Source: Candidatus Altimarinota bacterium (lineage in GTDB: Bacteria; Patescibacteriota; Gracilibacteria; UBA1369). Taken from it: 64,000 bases of DNA. The stretch is from positions 384,001-448,000 of the forward strand of contig OY782391.1 of NCBI GenBank assembly GCA_963677745.1, read 5' to 3'. The translations under genes were made by a program, and so were the position numbers. Numbering within the stretch: position 1 is the stretch's first letter; every line of letters starts with the position of its first letter. The notes below the pieces were generated by a model. That model was given only the letters and a program-made list of their open reading frames with translations, made no database searches and was not told the origin of the DNA. Below are positions 1 through 9,751 of the stretch, one piece after another.

Positions 1-309
1 ATGGGCATGAAGGAAGGCAACACCTATACCATCTGCGAACCGATCATGGTCTATGTGTCGGCCGCCGGAACCGAACTTTTGTATTATTACATGGGACAGA
101 TTTACCGTTATACGGCAACCGTGGGCGGTTTGCTGGCCGTGCTCATTTTGATTGTAGCAGGTGTGATGCGTTCAACTGCCGGTGATAACACCAATCAGGT
201 CACCAGCGCCAACAACCTCATTAAAAAATGTATATACGGTTTGGTGGTGCTGTTTTCATCAGCCATCATCCTCTACACCATCAATCCCAACTTCTTTGTA
301 ACCTCATGA
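1..309 (+). CDS. VirB2/TrbC-like (CPR-type) pilin, probably 5'-truncated by window edge
   Basis: Two hydrophobic helices joined by AGVMRSTAGDN...ANNLIKKCIYGLVV, ending ILYTINP, the typical CPR pilin pattern. Confidence 0.75.
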   Translation: MGMKEGNTYTICEPIMVYVSAAGTELLYYYMGQIYRYTATVGGLLAVLILIVAGVMRSTAGDNTNQVTSANNLIKKCIYGLVVLFSSAIILYTINPNFFVTS

Positions 310-854
310 CCAAAAAAGCTGCCACAACCCGCCTGAAATTTCTAAAAATTGCCGTGATTAGTCTGGGAGTGGTTATGTCATTGACCAGTGTTACACTTGC
401 ACAATCAACTCCAGCCTCCGATAGCGGAACTTCCGGCAATAACGGCACCGTCACCCAGCCCAGTATTATTCCCGCAGGTGCCTTAGACAATCAAAAATTA
501 TACCTTCCCTATAACTCTTCCGGAGAATCCACCAAGGGCTATATGGAAAACCGCCTATTGCCGGGAATCGCCAGCTCGATCATCGGAATAACCGGCGCTT
601 TGGCACTTCTGTTCACCGTTATCAGCGGCATCATGATGCTCGTCTCCTATGGTAATACCGATATGTTCGGCAAGGCCCGTAAAGCTTTGATCGCTTCGCT
701 GGCCGGAGTAATTATCGCCGGACTGTCCTATGCCATTGTAAAAATCATTTCCACCATCAATACCGACTCGGCAGCTACTCCCAAAACCACTGCCATCGTA
801 AAAATAATCGCTTCCCACGACATACAAAATGAAAACACCCACCTCTACAACTAA
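306..854 (+). CDS. VirB2/TrbC-like pilin with signal peptide and S/T/G-rich linker
   Basis: Start reassigned to ATG 306 (ATGA overlap with upstream stop); signal-like N-terminus; core SGIMMLVSYGNTDMFGKARKALIASLAGVII. Confidence 0.75.
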   Translation: MTKKAATTRLKFLKIAVISLGVVMSLTSVTLAQSTPASDSGTSGNNGTVTQPSIIPAGALDNQKLYLPYNSSGESTKGYMENRLLPGIASSIIGITGALALLFTVISGIMMLVSYGNTDMFGKARKALIASLAGVIIAGLSYAIVKIISTINTDSAATPKTTAIVKIIASHDIQNENTHLYN

Positions 855-1428
855 AAAAATTCTGGCTACTCTCGGTCTGCTCTGGCTGTTGTTGCCGGCA
901 ATTTGTCTGGGAGACAGCTCGACTCCCGCCACTCCTCCAGCAGGTAGTTCTACCCCAGCAACACAGACACCTACGACACAAACCGGCAGCGGAACAGTTA
1001 AGGAAAGTGACCTGTTCTACCAATTTTCTTACACCGATCCCAAAGCCAACACCGGAACCAAAATTGCCGCAGTCAACGCTCTTCCCAAGAAAGACTGGCA
1101 AAGCACTCTTACCGGCATCATTAAAATTCTGCTCAATATCAGCGGAGGATTGACGCTACTCTCCTTCACCGTCGGCGGTGTTATGATGATTATTTCCCAG
1201 GGCAACGGTGACCTCTTGGAAAAAGGTAAACGGATTACTTATTATTCTGTAGCCGGATTGGTGATCATAGCTGTTTCTTATGCTTTGGTAATCGGTGTAT
1301 CCGAACTTAATCTCGTCGCACCAGGCTCAGGCGCAGGAGGAAACAACCCTACCAGCGGACAGGCAACAACTCCAGCCGCACCGGCAACTCCGGTCATGGG
1401 AACTGAAGGAACCCCTGTTGGGGGATAG
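829..1428 (+). CDS. VirB2/TrbC-like pilin with P/T/A-rich flanks
   Basis: Signal peptide; core GGVMMIISQGNGDLLEKGKRITYYSVAGLVII. Confidence 0.75.
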   Translation: MKTPTSTTKKILATLGLLWLLLPAICLGDSSTPATPPAGSSTPATQTPTTQTGSGTVKESDLFYQFSYTDPKANTGTKIAAVNALPKKDWQSTLTGIIKILLNISGGLTLLSFTVGGVMMIISQGNGDLLEKGKRITYYSVAGLVIIAVSYALVIGVSELNLVAPGSGAGGNNPTSGQATTPAAPATPVMGTEGTPVGG

Positions 1429-1439
1429 AAACTTAACAT

Positions 1440-1982
1440 ATGAAAAAAAACAAACTAAAAAACTGGCTTTTAACTCTCTTGTTTCTTGGAATACTAATTA
1501 TTCCACAATCAATAGCGTTTGCGTCTGCCCTGCAAACCGAAGATCTCATGACCAGAGTCATACTGGATCCGGCCCTCAAACCGGATAATTCCCCAGGAGT
1601 TGTAATCGGAAACGACACACTCGGTAATGCCGGAGCGGAAGCTGCTTTCGGCAATTATGTATTACAAGTAGTGGCGGGAGGTTTGATTACGGTTGCCGCT
1701 CCGGTTGCCATCATCATCATTGCCATTGCCGGACTGATAGCAACTGTTTCTCACGGAGACCAGGGACTTATCGATAAAGCCAAAAAAACTTTGACCTGGG
1801 CTGTAATTGGATTGGTAATAATTATATTTTCCTGGGTCATCGTGAAGGCCGTGATCAGTGTCGTACTAATGAGTAATCAGACTGCTCCGGCCAGTACCAC
1901 CAACGGAGCACCGGCCTCTCCCGCCCCGGCTGCCACTCCACCGGTACCCGGAGACACCGGCGCACCACAAACTGGCGGCTAA
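1440..1982 (+). CDS. VirB2/TrbC-like pilin with P/A/T-rich tail
   Basis: Signal peptide; core AGLIATVSHGDQGLIDKAKKTLTWAVIGLVII. Confidence 0.78.
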   Translation: MKKNKLKNWLLTLLFLGILIIPQSIAFASALQTEDLMTRVILDPALKPDNSPGVVIGNDTLGNAGAEAAFGNYVLQVVAGGLITVAAPVAIIIIAIAGLIATVSHGDQGLIDKAKKTLTWAVIGLVIIIFSWVIVKAVISVVLMSNQTAPASTTNGAPASPAPAATPPVPGDTGAPQTGG

Positions 1983-1990
1983 ATAATGAA

Positions 1991-3511
1991 TCACTCCCCC
2001 TTCCTTTGCTCCAGTTTTGGAAACAGCACCCCTGCTTCGCTACCCAGCAATTGGGAGGTTTTCAACAATCCAAAATCTTTTTTCCCGACCCAGCTGTATC
2101 CATCCGTAGAAAAATGCTCATCATAAATTTTTAGAATCTTCGCGGCACTGTCCGGAATAAAAGGCAACAACATCATCCCCAACTGACGTATCAGTTCCAG
2201 CAGATTGTACAAAACCTCTGCCAGACGCGTCTGGTTATCTTTGGCCAGTACCCAGGGTTTGGTGTCTTCTACATATTTATTGGCGACAAAACCCAGCTCC
2301 AGAATTGCTTCTACCGCTTTCTTCAAATCATATTCAGCCAGATGTTTCTCCAGATTGACCCAAGTCTGTCCCACTTTCACTTCAAATCCGTCATCAGCGC
2401 CTCTCTGGGGTACGGCACCGGCAAAATATTTGCGGTTCATGGCCAGCACACGACTGACCAGATTACCGAAAGTATTGGCCAATTCCTCATTGTAAACAAT
2501 ATCAAACCTTTCCTGGCTGAAATCCCCGTCACCCAGCGTGGGAACTTCTCTCAGCAAATAATAACGCAGGGCATCCCGTCCGTATTTCTGCAGAAACTCA
2601 AAAGGCTCTTTGACATTACCCAGCGACTTGCTCATCTTTTGTCCTTCCGAAGTGATAAAACCATGAACCATGATAGTCTTGGGCAATTCCATACCGGCCG
2701 ACATCAGCATCCCGATCCAGATCAAAGCATGAAAACGCACAATGTCCTTGCCTATAACATGAACATCGGCAGGCCAAAACTTTTCACGGTCTATCACCGA
2801 AATGTAATTCGGCAAAGCGTCACACCAGACGTACATCAACTGACCGGAATCGCCAGGCACCTCAATCCCCCACTTATAAGACTCCTTCGAACGGGAAAAA
2901 CTGACATCCTCCCCTCCCTCCTCAATCAAGCCGAGCAGCTCGTTTTTACGCGATTCCGGAACAATCTGGATTTCGCCGCTGACTATCTTGGCCCGGATCT
3001 GGCTGACATATTTGGACAAACGGAAAAAATAATTTTCCTCTTTGACCTTCACTACCGGTTTTTTATGAAGTGGACAATTGCCCTCCACCAGTTCCTTTTC
3101 CAGATAAAATCTCTCGCAACCGACACAATACAAACCTTCATAATCGGATTTGTAGAGATCGTCCGAATTGGAAATTTTTTTCCACAGCTCCTGTGCAAAT
3201 TGAATGTGCCTTTCCTCGGTAGTCCGGACAAAATCATCGTTGGAAATTCCCAGCTGCACGGTCAAATCCTTGAACAAGGCCGAATTTTCATTGACCAGTT
3301 CCTGCGGCCAGACTCCGCGTTCTTCGGCTACTTGGGCGATTTTCAAACCATGCTCGTCCGTACCGGTCAGAAAAAACACTTCCTTCCCTTCTAGCCGGTT
3401 ATAGCGGGCCAGAACATCAGCCTGCAACAGCTCCATGGCAAACCCCACATGCGGAGCGGCATTAACATAAGGAATCGAAGTCGTAATGTAAAACCTGTTG
3501 GCTTTGGACAT
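1991..3511 (-). CDS. metG: Methionine--tRNA ligase (short form, no C-terminal tRNA-binding domain)
   Basis: YITTSIPYVNAAPHVG (HIGH), GTDEHG, CVGC knuckle, YVWCDAL, GKDI, KMSKS. Confidence 0.97.
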   Translation of the reverse strand: MSKANRFYITTSIPYVNAAPHVGFAMELLQADVLARYNRLEGKEVFFLTGTDEHGLKIAQVAEERGVWPQELVNENSALFKDLTVQLGISNDDFVRTTEERHIQFAQELWKKISNSDDLYKSDYEGLYCVGCERFYLEKELVEGNCPLHKKPVVKVKEENYFFRLSKYVSQIRAKIVSGEIQIVPESRKNELLGLIEEGGEDVSFSRSKESYKWGIEVPGDSGQLMYVWCDALPNYISVIDREKFWPADVHVIGKDIVRFHALIWIGMLMSAGMELPKTIMVHGFITSEGQKMSKSLGNVKEPFEFLQKYGRDALRYYLLREVPTLGDGDFSQERFDIVYNEELANTFGNLVSRVLAMNRKYFAGAVPQRGADDGFEVKVGQTWVNLEKHLAEYDLKKAVEAILELGFVANKYVEDTKPWVLAKDNQTRLAEVLYNLLELIRQLGMMLLPFIPDSAAKILKIYDEHFSTDGYSWVGKKDFGLLKTSQLLGSEAGVLFPKLEQRKGE

Positions 3512-3523
3512 GTATCTGTACGT

Positions 3524-3548
3524 AAAAAGGGGTAAAAACTTTACCCCT
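3524..3548 (-). terminator. Intrinsic terminator-like hairpin after the 1410-aa gene
   Basis: Minus strand AGGGGTAAA-GTT-TTTACCCCT followed by TTTT. Confidence 0.6.
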
Positions 3549-3550
3549 GA

Positions 3551-3579
3551 AATCTACTAAACAATGAAGTTTTAGGCAA
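3551..3579 (-). promoter_or_regulatory. Candidate sigma70 promoter for metG
   Basis: Minus strand TTGCCT-17 nt-TAGATT. Confidence 0.4.
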
Positions 3580-3609
3580 ATCCTAAACTGACTGCCGGTG
3601 GGCGCGGAA

Positions 3610-6600
3610 TTATTTTTTTGTTTGAGGTGACTGTGCCTGTTGGGAACCCGGCGCGGGAGCCTGGGCAGGAGTCTGTTCAGGCGGTGCAGTTGGTGGTTTG
3701 GCACTGGCCGCCACTGTTGCCGGTGGTGCCTCAGGTGCAGAAAATGAAGGGTTTTTAGCCATAAATTCCTTTTGTCCATCTTTGGAAACCTTCCCCTGTT
3801 GCAAAGCTTCTACAAACGTCTTCATGTCTACATACCCGGCTGGAAGCTTCAAATCCTTACCCAAATTTTGGGATTCAATCACTTTTGCTATTGCTTTCTG
3901 TAAATTAGGACTTGCCTGATACCCAGATTCCACCAAAGCGGCTCCTATTGCCTTTTTGGCATCTTCCGGGGTCTTAGCGTCATTCAGACTTACAGTTGCT
4001 TTTGGAGCTTCCGGGTTAGCGGGTGGCGCAGCAGTCTTTCCACCTTCCGGTGTGGCAGGCTTGGCGGCTTCCGCCTTGGCTGCAGCCGCATCTGCTTTGG
4101 CAGCATCGGCTTTCTGTTGTTCAGACTGAAGATTTTCCATTAGAGGGACATCATCCGAAGCCAGTTTCAGTACAGTAGCCAACACATCCTTCTGGCCACC
4201 AACTGCCATTTTTGACCGGCCTTCATTGGGATTATTCCATCCCGGAGCCGCCGACACATCCACACCTCTATCGGTCTTGGTAAAATGCAAAGTCATCGGT
4301 ATACCATTGCCAGCAGGGCCGATACTGACATTGAACATCATCTCTTTCTGGGACATCGGGGAATTTTCGGGAAGATTGGACATAAAAACATTTCCCGGCT
4401 TGAGATCCTTGCAAGCCTTGATGGCATCCAGAGCCGGACCACCCAAATCTCTGTTCATAGTAGAGCCTTCAAACTGTGCAAAAGATATTCCATGATACTG
4501 ATCACGACGCGATTCAAAAGCCGCGCGGGCTGCCTGATCCTGGGCTTCCTTGGCCTTATAATCCTCATAGGGCTTTCTCTTGTCCTCATTAGCCTTATAT
4601 TCGGAAAAGAATTGTTCCGGAGTCTTTATCATCTGTTCAAGTTCTTTTCTTACTCTCTCGTCATATTGTTTCGTATTTTCTGTTAATTTTTTTGGTGTTA
4701 CGATTACTTTATTCAGATAATCTTTCAGCGAAGATATGTAGCTCTGTTTGGCTTTATCAAATTGATCAGCCGTCAATTCAGAAAAAACCGTCTCCTTGAT
4801 CCTTGCCATACGACCTTCATTCACATAGGAAGCCACCAGCGAACGGCATCTGGGCATTTTATCGGCCCCCTGCACGTCACCATATCCACTGACAAATTCC
4901 TTGGAAATTATTTTTATAATATCTGTCCTGGTAGCGGGTTTGGACAGAGCGTCTATAACAATCTTTTGGGAAGCGGGATCTTCCGGTTTAAAATCTTTTT
5001 CCTTTCCCGTCAGTTCGGCCAACACCTTCCACATTCTTTCCTGATACTGTTTCTGGGCATCATCTCCGGGAATTGTCGCACCATCGCTCACTCTGGCCAT
5101 CACATAACTCTTGATAGCATCAGTATCTCCCTGGACTTTCTTGAACACTTCCTTAAGAGCGGCTTCTCTTTTTTGCGCATCAGGCATTTCTTTGGCCGAC
5201 TCATTGGTAACGCCGATACTATCCTTAGGCGCTTCCGGTCCGGTTTTGGCCGGCTCTTCTTTTTTCTCTCCGGCTGTACCACCCGGAACAGCTTCTGTAG
5301 CTGTTTTAGCCTCAGGCTTAGGTTGAGGAACCATAGTCAGCAGTAAATAACCTTCCGCGACGGCTTTTCTAAATTCCGCAACATTCGGACGATCCTTTGT
5401 TCCTAAATTAAATTGGCGGGCTTTCATTCCTGGAAAAGCCAGGTCTACAATACCTTCGGCAGTAGCTCCTTTCACGGTTACATCTTTGCACAAAACAAAC
5501 GTCCCCTCCGGTCTGTCTTCCGGTCTGTCTAATGAGGCAAACTGGACAGGCATTTTATTAATTCCCTCCAGAACATTCTGGAAAATTTGCTCCGTGGCCT
5601 TTTCACCGCCGGTCCGGGCCAGATGATTGCGTTGTTCGGCTACCAGCTTCATTCCCCACTCCAGAGCTTCCTGTGGTTGTCCTTTAAATTCACCCAATTT
5701 TTGATTTGAAGGTATCAAATAATATTCATACTCTCCCCTCCCGTCGTGGACCATTTGCATTCTTTGAGGCGGATCCAGCTTCTGCATCCAGTCAAAATCA
5801 AAATGATGTCCGTTGTTAAATTTCCCAAGATTATTCTCCATTGTTCCCCCCTTACCGTCAGGAAGAATATTTCTGGAAGACCTTACCGACAATAAATCTC
5901 CAGCCCCGGCTGCTCGAGCTGCCGCCTTCATTTGTTGGATTCTGTTCCCATTATCGGACTCTTCAAAAAAGCGCCTCTCCTGTTCTGCCGATTTTGCCTT
6001 ATCGCTGTCTCGCTCACCATTTTTGTTTTCAACCCAGCTCCGCAACTTTTTTAATACCCTCAAAGCATCTGACAAACCTGAGGCATTAAACCGGTATTCT
6101 TTTTCTCCGTTTAACCCAATATTATTCTGTTCAACCACAACTTCAATCCGTCCGTGTGGTTGTGGAAAAAATGTCACATCGGGATCGTCCCCCAAAGCCC
6201 CCGTCTCCCAGTCAAATTCGTATTTTACCCCGCCATTCACCTTCTCAGGACCACTATCAATTTTTTCGCCCCATTGTTCAAAATTGCCCTTATACTCAAC
6301 ATTAGCCCTTTGCAGCTCTTGTCCTAAAGTCCCCTTGTTTAATATTTGGGCAAAATGATCCTGCATGTCATTGAGAGCATCTTTCCCCTGCCCCCTCGGA
6401 GTATATGAAACAACATCAACTTTTCTATTATCTTTAGTGATAACAAAGCGGCCATCATTGGTCAGAAAAAACTCACAGGGAATAACACCATCATTAAAAG
6501 GAAAATCAACTTTCACTGGAGAATCAGGCCTGGGTGCCACCTTATAATTAAGAATTGCCTGCATTACGTTTAAATAGCGTTCATCAACCCTATCAAAATC

Positions 6601-7842
6601 CTGCGACTGAACTTCCGAAGCTTCTTTTTTGCCGGACAGACGGCGCGCCACTTCCGTGGCAGTTGCATCAAAACGGGTCGGCTTATCCACTCCCTGCTGG
6701 GGAGACTTACGCTCTTCCTCGGCCTGGGCTTCGGCATTTTTAATCAGATTTTCATGGGCATAAGCATCAATTCCCCGTCCCTTCTGCTGGGCGTTGAGAG
6801 GATTGGAAGTGGGTGCTACCACACTCTTTTCCCGAGCAGCTTGTTGTGCCCTGGTTTCACCTGGTTGAGCCGGTTTAGGCGTCTGAGAAAACAATAATTT
6901 GCCGTTTTGGATTGCCACTGCGTCATAGCCGTTAGCCATCACCTGTTTCAGAAAGATAGAAAATCTTTGGGCTTCAATCTGATCAGCCGGCACTCCCTGG
7001 GGAGACGGAACAGTTTTATCAACATAATCAAGCAGTGCCTTGCTAACCTCAGTTTCATTAATTCGGGCAGGCTTCCCTTCCTCAGTAACGGAAGCGCTCA
7101 AAGCTTTGGATAAAGCAGCCACGTCCATTGTGGAAGTCAGCGGAACCGCAGAAGGTGAACTGACGGTTTCCAGATTTTTAACGTCAGTTCTTTCCGTTTC
7201 GGCTTTTTGTTTTGCCTCTTCTTCCTGTTTAGCTTTTGCATCGGCCTCCTTTTGCTCCTTTACTTCACCGGTAAGCACGGCTCTCTCCACTTCGGCCGTA
7301 CCAACCAACTCTCCCGGCTTACTGGGATCTTTGGCATCCTTATCATCCAACTTGTAGTCCTGTTTGACCGGCTCCCCTTTCTTGTCAAAAAACATCCAGT
7401 AACCATCGACAATTTGAAACTCTTTTACATCTTTTTTAACCATCATGTCGTTCAGAGCCCGGCTTTCATTCGCGCTAAAAGCAGTGGAGTTCTGCTTGTC
7501 CGTTTTGCCAAGATTCTGCATCAGCCCATTGAGCAGAAACAAATCCACATTCTTTAATTTCAATTCACTTAAACCGGGAACCTTGTCCAGAGCGGCCTTC
7601 AGGGCAGTCCGAAAATTCAGTACATTGACCGGCCCCTTTTCACCGCCGATTTTCACCTTATCGGCATTCATACCTTTCAAAAGATCGGCCAGCTGCTTAA
7701 CCTGCTCCGCAGTCATCTTGGTATAATCAAGTCCCTCTTTCAATTTTGGAGCCTCAGCGGCTTTCGGAGTTTCAGGAGAAAAACCAACCAGCCGACTGGT
7801 TAGAAAAAATTTTTCTTTTGTGATTTTAAACATGACTGCCAT
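3610..7842 (-). CDS. Large hydrophilic hypothetical protein (1410 aa)
   Basis: Uninterrupted 4.2-kb ORF; K/E/A/P-rich; no TM helix, classical signal peptide or family motif recognised. Confidence 0.85.
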   Translation of the reverse strand: MAVMFKITKEKFFLTSRLVGFSPETPKAAEAPKLKEGLDYTKMTAEQVKQLADLLKGMNADKVKIGGEKGPVNVLNFRTALKAALDKVPGLSELKLKNVDLFLLNGLMQNLGKTDKQNSTAFSANESRALNDMMVKKDVKEFQIVDGYWMFFDKKGEPVKQDYKLDDKDAKDPSKPGELVGTAEVERAVLTGEVKEQKEADAKAKQEEEAKQKAETERTDVKNLETVSSPSAVPLTSTMDVAALSKALSASVTEEGKPARINETEVSKALLDYVDKTVPSPQGVPADQIEAQRFSIFLKQVMANGYDAVAIQNGKLLFSQTPKPAQPGETRAQQAAREKSVVAPTSNPLNAQQKGRGIDAYAHENLIKNAEAQAEEERKSPQQGVDKPTRFDATATEVARRLSGKKEASEVQSQDFDRVDERYLNVMQAILNYKVAPRPDSPVKVDFPFNDGVIPCEFFLTNDGRFVITKDNRKVDVVSYTPRGQGKDALNDMQDHFAQILNKGTLGQELQRANVEYKGNFEQWGEKIDSGPEKVNGGVKYEFDWETGALGDDPDVTFFPQPHGRIEVVVEQNNIGLNGEKEYRFNASGLSDALRVLKKLRSWVENKNGERDSDKAKSAEQERRFFEESDNGNRIQQMKAAARAAGAGDLLSVRSSRNILPDGKGGTMENNLGKFNNGHHFDFDWMQKLDPPQRMQMVHDGRGEYEYYLIPSNQKLGEFKGQPQEALEWGMKLVAEQRNHLARTGGEKATEQIFQNVLEGINKMPVQFASLDRPEDRPEGTFVLCKDVTVKGATAEGIVDLAFPGMKARQFNLGTKDRPNVAEFRKAVAEGYLLLTMVPQPKPEAKTATEAVPGGTAGEKKEEPAKTGPEAPKDSIGVTNESAKEMPDAQKREAALKEVFKKVQGDTDAIKSYVMARVSDGATIPGDDAQKQYQERMWKVLAELTGKEKDFKPEDPASQKIVIDALSKPATRTDIIKIISKEFVSGYGDVQGADKMPRCRSLVASYVNEGRMARIKETVFSELTADQFDKAKQSYISSLKDYLNKVIVTPKKLTENTKQYDERVRKELEQMIKTPEQFFSEYKANEDKRKPYEDYKAKEAQDQAARAAFESRRDQYHGISFAQFEGSTMNRDLGGPALDAIKACKDLKPGNVFMSNLPENSPMSQKEMMFNVSIGPAGNGIPMTLHFTKTDRGVDVSAAPGWNNPNEGRSKMAVGGQKDVLATVLKLASDDVPLMENLQSEQQKADAAKADAAAAKAEAAKPATPEGGKTAAPPANPEAPKATVSLNDAKTPEDAKKAIGAALVESGYQASPNLQKAIAKVIESQNLGKDLKLPAGYVDMKTFVEALQQGKVSKDGQKEFMAKNPSFSAPEAPPATVAASAKPPTAPPEQTPAQAPAPGSQQAQSPQTKK

Positions 7843-7859
7843 TTAATTTTTTATTTTAA

Positions 7860-8393
7860 TTATGATATTTGGGAGCCTCCCTTGGTCACCGAGTCAGTTC
7901 CCATTACCGGCACAGCATCCTGACCTTCGACGTCCTTCAACCCCTCTCTAAACTGTTTTCGCAGCGCGGACATTTTTTCTTTGATCTGTTGTTTTTCGGT
8001 TTCCCTGAACTGCAGAATTGGCGGCATGACAGGAATTCTCATGTCCACGTTATCCTCGGGAATAATTTCTTCCCCTTTGAAGAAATGAAACACACCGTCA
8101 ATCACCCCGACATGGGAAGCCCCTTCGGCGATTTTTTCCATCCAGATCTGCTCCAGCGACCTTCTCTGTTTGTCGTTTTTCTCAACGGAAGACCTCACCA
8201 TAGCCGGCAGATTTTCAAAAACCGGCTGGCAATTGGCTTTCAGATCCTGCAGGGTGATTTTCAAGTCAGCCTTGATCGGACACCCGCCGTTGATATTTTT
8301 CCAGTCATTCTTATCCTGCCAATAATTACCGAAGCGGTCGTTGAGACCTCCCGTTCCGTTGGACTGCTGATTGTCATTTAACTGTACAACCAT
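7860..8393 (-). CDS. Hypothetical protein (177 aa)
   Basis: ORF fills the gap between the pilX-like gene and the 1410-aa gene with 5- and 17-nt spacers. Confidence 0.75.
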   Translation of the reverse strand: MVVQLNDNQQSNGTGGLNDRFGNYWQDKNDWKNINGGCPIKADLKITLQDLKANCQPVFENLPAMVRSSVEKNDKQRRSLEQIWMEKIAEGASHVGVIDGVFHFFKGEEIIPEDNVDMRIPVMPPILQFRETEKQQIKEKMSALRKQFREGLKDVEGQDAVPVMGTDSVTKGGSQIS

Positions 8394-8398
8394 ATTAT

Positions 8399-9751
8399 TT
8401 AAGGTGTTTTTTCTGAAGCGGTTTTATATAAAGAGAAGTTAAATACCGGCAAAAACCCCGGAGCCTTGTAGCGGACGTCCAGGCTTTTTATGACATTCCC
8501 GGCGGCTGCAAATCCCAGACTGGTTATCTCGGCAAAATCCTTCACCAGTTTGGGAGCATTGGGATCCGAATCAGTGCTTTTTCTGGCAATAACACGGTAA
8601 TAAATATCCGCCCTGGCCAGCTGGCTGGGATCATTCATATTGGAGATTCCCGCCACATTGGGATTCACCATGTTGGTCAAAATCAGATAGTTTTCCTTGT
8701 GGTTGTCGATAAACTCGCGCATCTGGCAACCGGTCGGATCACCGATTGTGGTTCCCTTGATCAGGGCACCGCCGGTTACGGCGGTGCCGGCGTCGGTTTG
8801 ATAACATTCACGGGCCGCCGACCAGAGCGTGACATCGTTCAAATCGTCCGCGGCGTTCAGGGCGGCGGCCGAAGGCGGTTTTTTGCTTAGACTGGGAAAA
8901 ACACAAGTCTCGGCCTTGGTATTGTTCTGTACCGCGCGAATATTGGCATCGGTTCCGATACAGACCGGACGGTCGGGAGCATTATTGGTTACTCCCGGAT
9001 AAAAGTCGGCAATCGACTCGGTTCTTTGCACACCGCCGTCTATCAGCGGTTTCCCGTAAATTTTCCAGCGCAGGACGTCAAAAGTTTCCAGTTTCATTCC
9101 CTGAAAAGGCCCGAACAAATCGCTGCCATCGCGTAAATTGAGATAATACTCAATCAGGAAATCGTTAACACTGACCGGCGTCCCCGAACCATCGGTACTG
9201 TAAAGGGGAATAATATGAGTTTCATTGAGTGCCAGCTTTCTGTAAGTGGAACGCGGGCAGTCCTCATAAACCTGTTGTTTGTTATAAGCCAGGGCAAAAG
9301 GAGTGCGGGCGCTGGCGATCTGGCAGTCTGCAGTTACCTGCCCGGTCTCGCCGCTGTAAGCCGTTCTGTCAACAAAAATTGGCTGGCCGTCGGGAAAACT
9401 GGGCACGGAATCGGTTTGATTGCTGGTCGTGAATTCATAGGCAAATGACGGGTCAAGCGGATCGGGTCCGGCGCCGGCGCCCGCTGCAGTATCGGCTGCA
9501 TCAGCGGGAAATTTACCCACCGGTTCGTAACCGGCCAGGTTTTTTGAAAGGCCCAGAAGAGCGTTTTCCACTCCCGCCTCAGCAGCATAATAGGCTTTAT
9601 TGGCATCCACAACTGACTGTGTCACCCTGATTTCCCGTATCACCAAAGCACTGATCCCCAAAGTCAGCGTCATCAAAATACCCAGCATCAACAGCGTGAT
9701 CAGCAAAGCCGATCCCCGCCTTCCGCCCAATTGTAAGTATATTTTGAACAT
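8399..9751 (-). CDS. PilX-like minor pilin / pilus assembly protein
   Basis: RRG/SALLITLLMLGIL (no Glu+5) and KAYYAAEAGVENAL PilX N-terminal signature. Confidence 0.8.
   Translation of the reverse strand: MFKIYLQLGGRRGSALLITLLMLGILMTLTLGISALVIREIRVTQSVVDANKAYYAAEAGVENALLGLSKNLAGYEPVGKFPADAADTAAGAGAGPDPLDPSFAYEFTTSNQTDSVPSFPDGQPIFVDRTAYSGETGQVTADCQIASARTPFALAYNKQQVYEDCPRSTYRKLALNETHIIPLYSTDGSGTPVSVNDFLIEYYLNLRDGSDLFGPFQGMKLETFDVLRWKIYGKPLIDGGVQRTESIADFYPGVTNNAPDRPVCIGTDANIRAVQNNTKAETCVFPSLSKKPPSAAALNAADDLNDVTLWSAARECYQTDAGTAVTGGALIKGTTIGDPTGCQMREFIDNHKENYLILTNMVNPNVAGISNMNDPSQLARADIYYRVIARKSTDSDPNAPKLVKDFAEITSLGFAAAGNVIKSLDVRYKAPGFLPVFNFSLYKTASEKTP

Noticed and set aside
3512-3609. T-box or SAM riboswitch before metG
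   Set aside because: Leader is under 100 nt and lacks T-box and S-box conserved motifs
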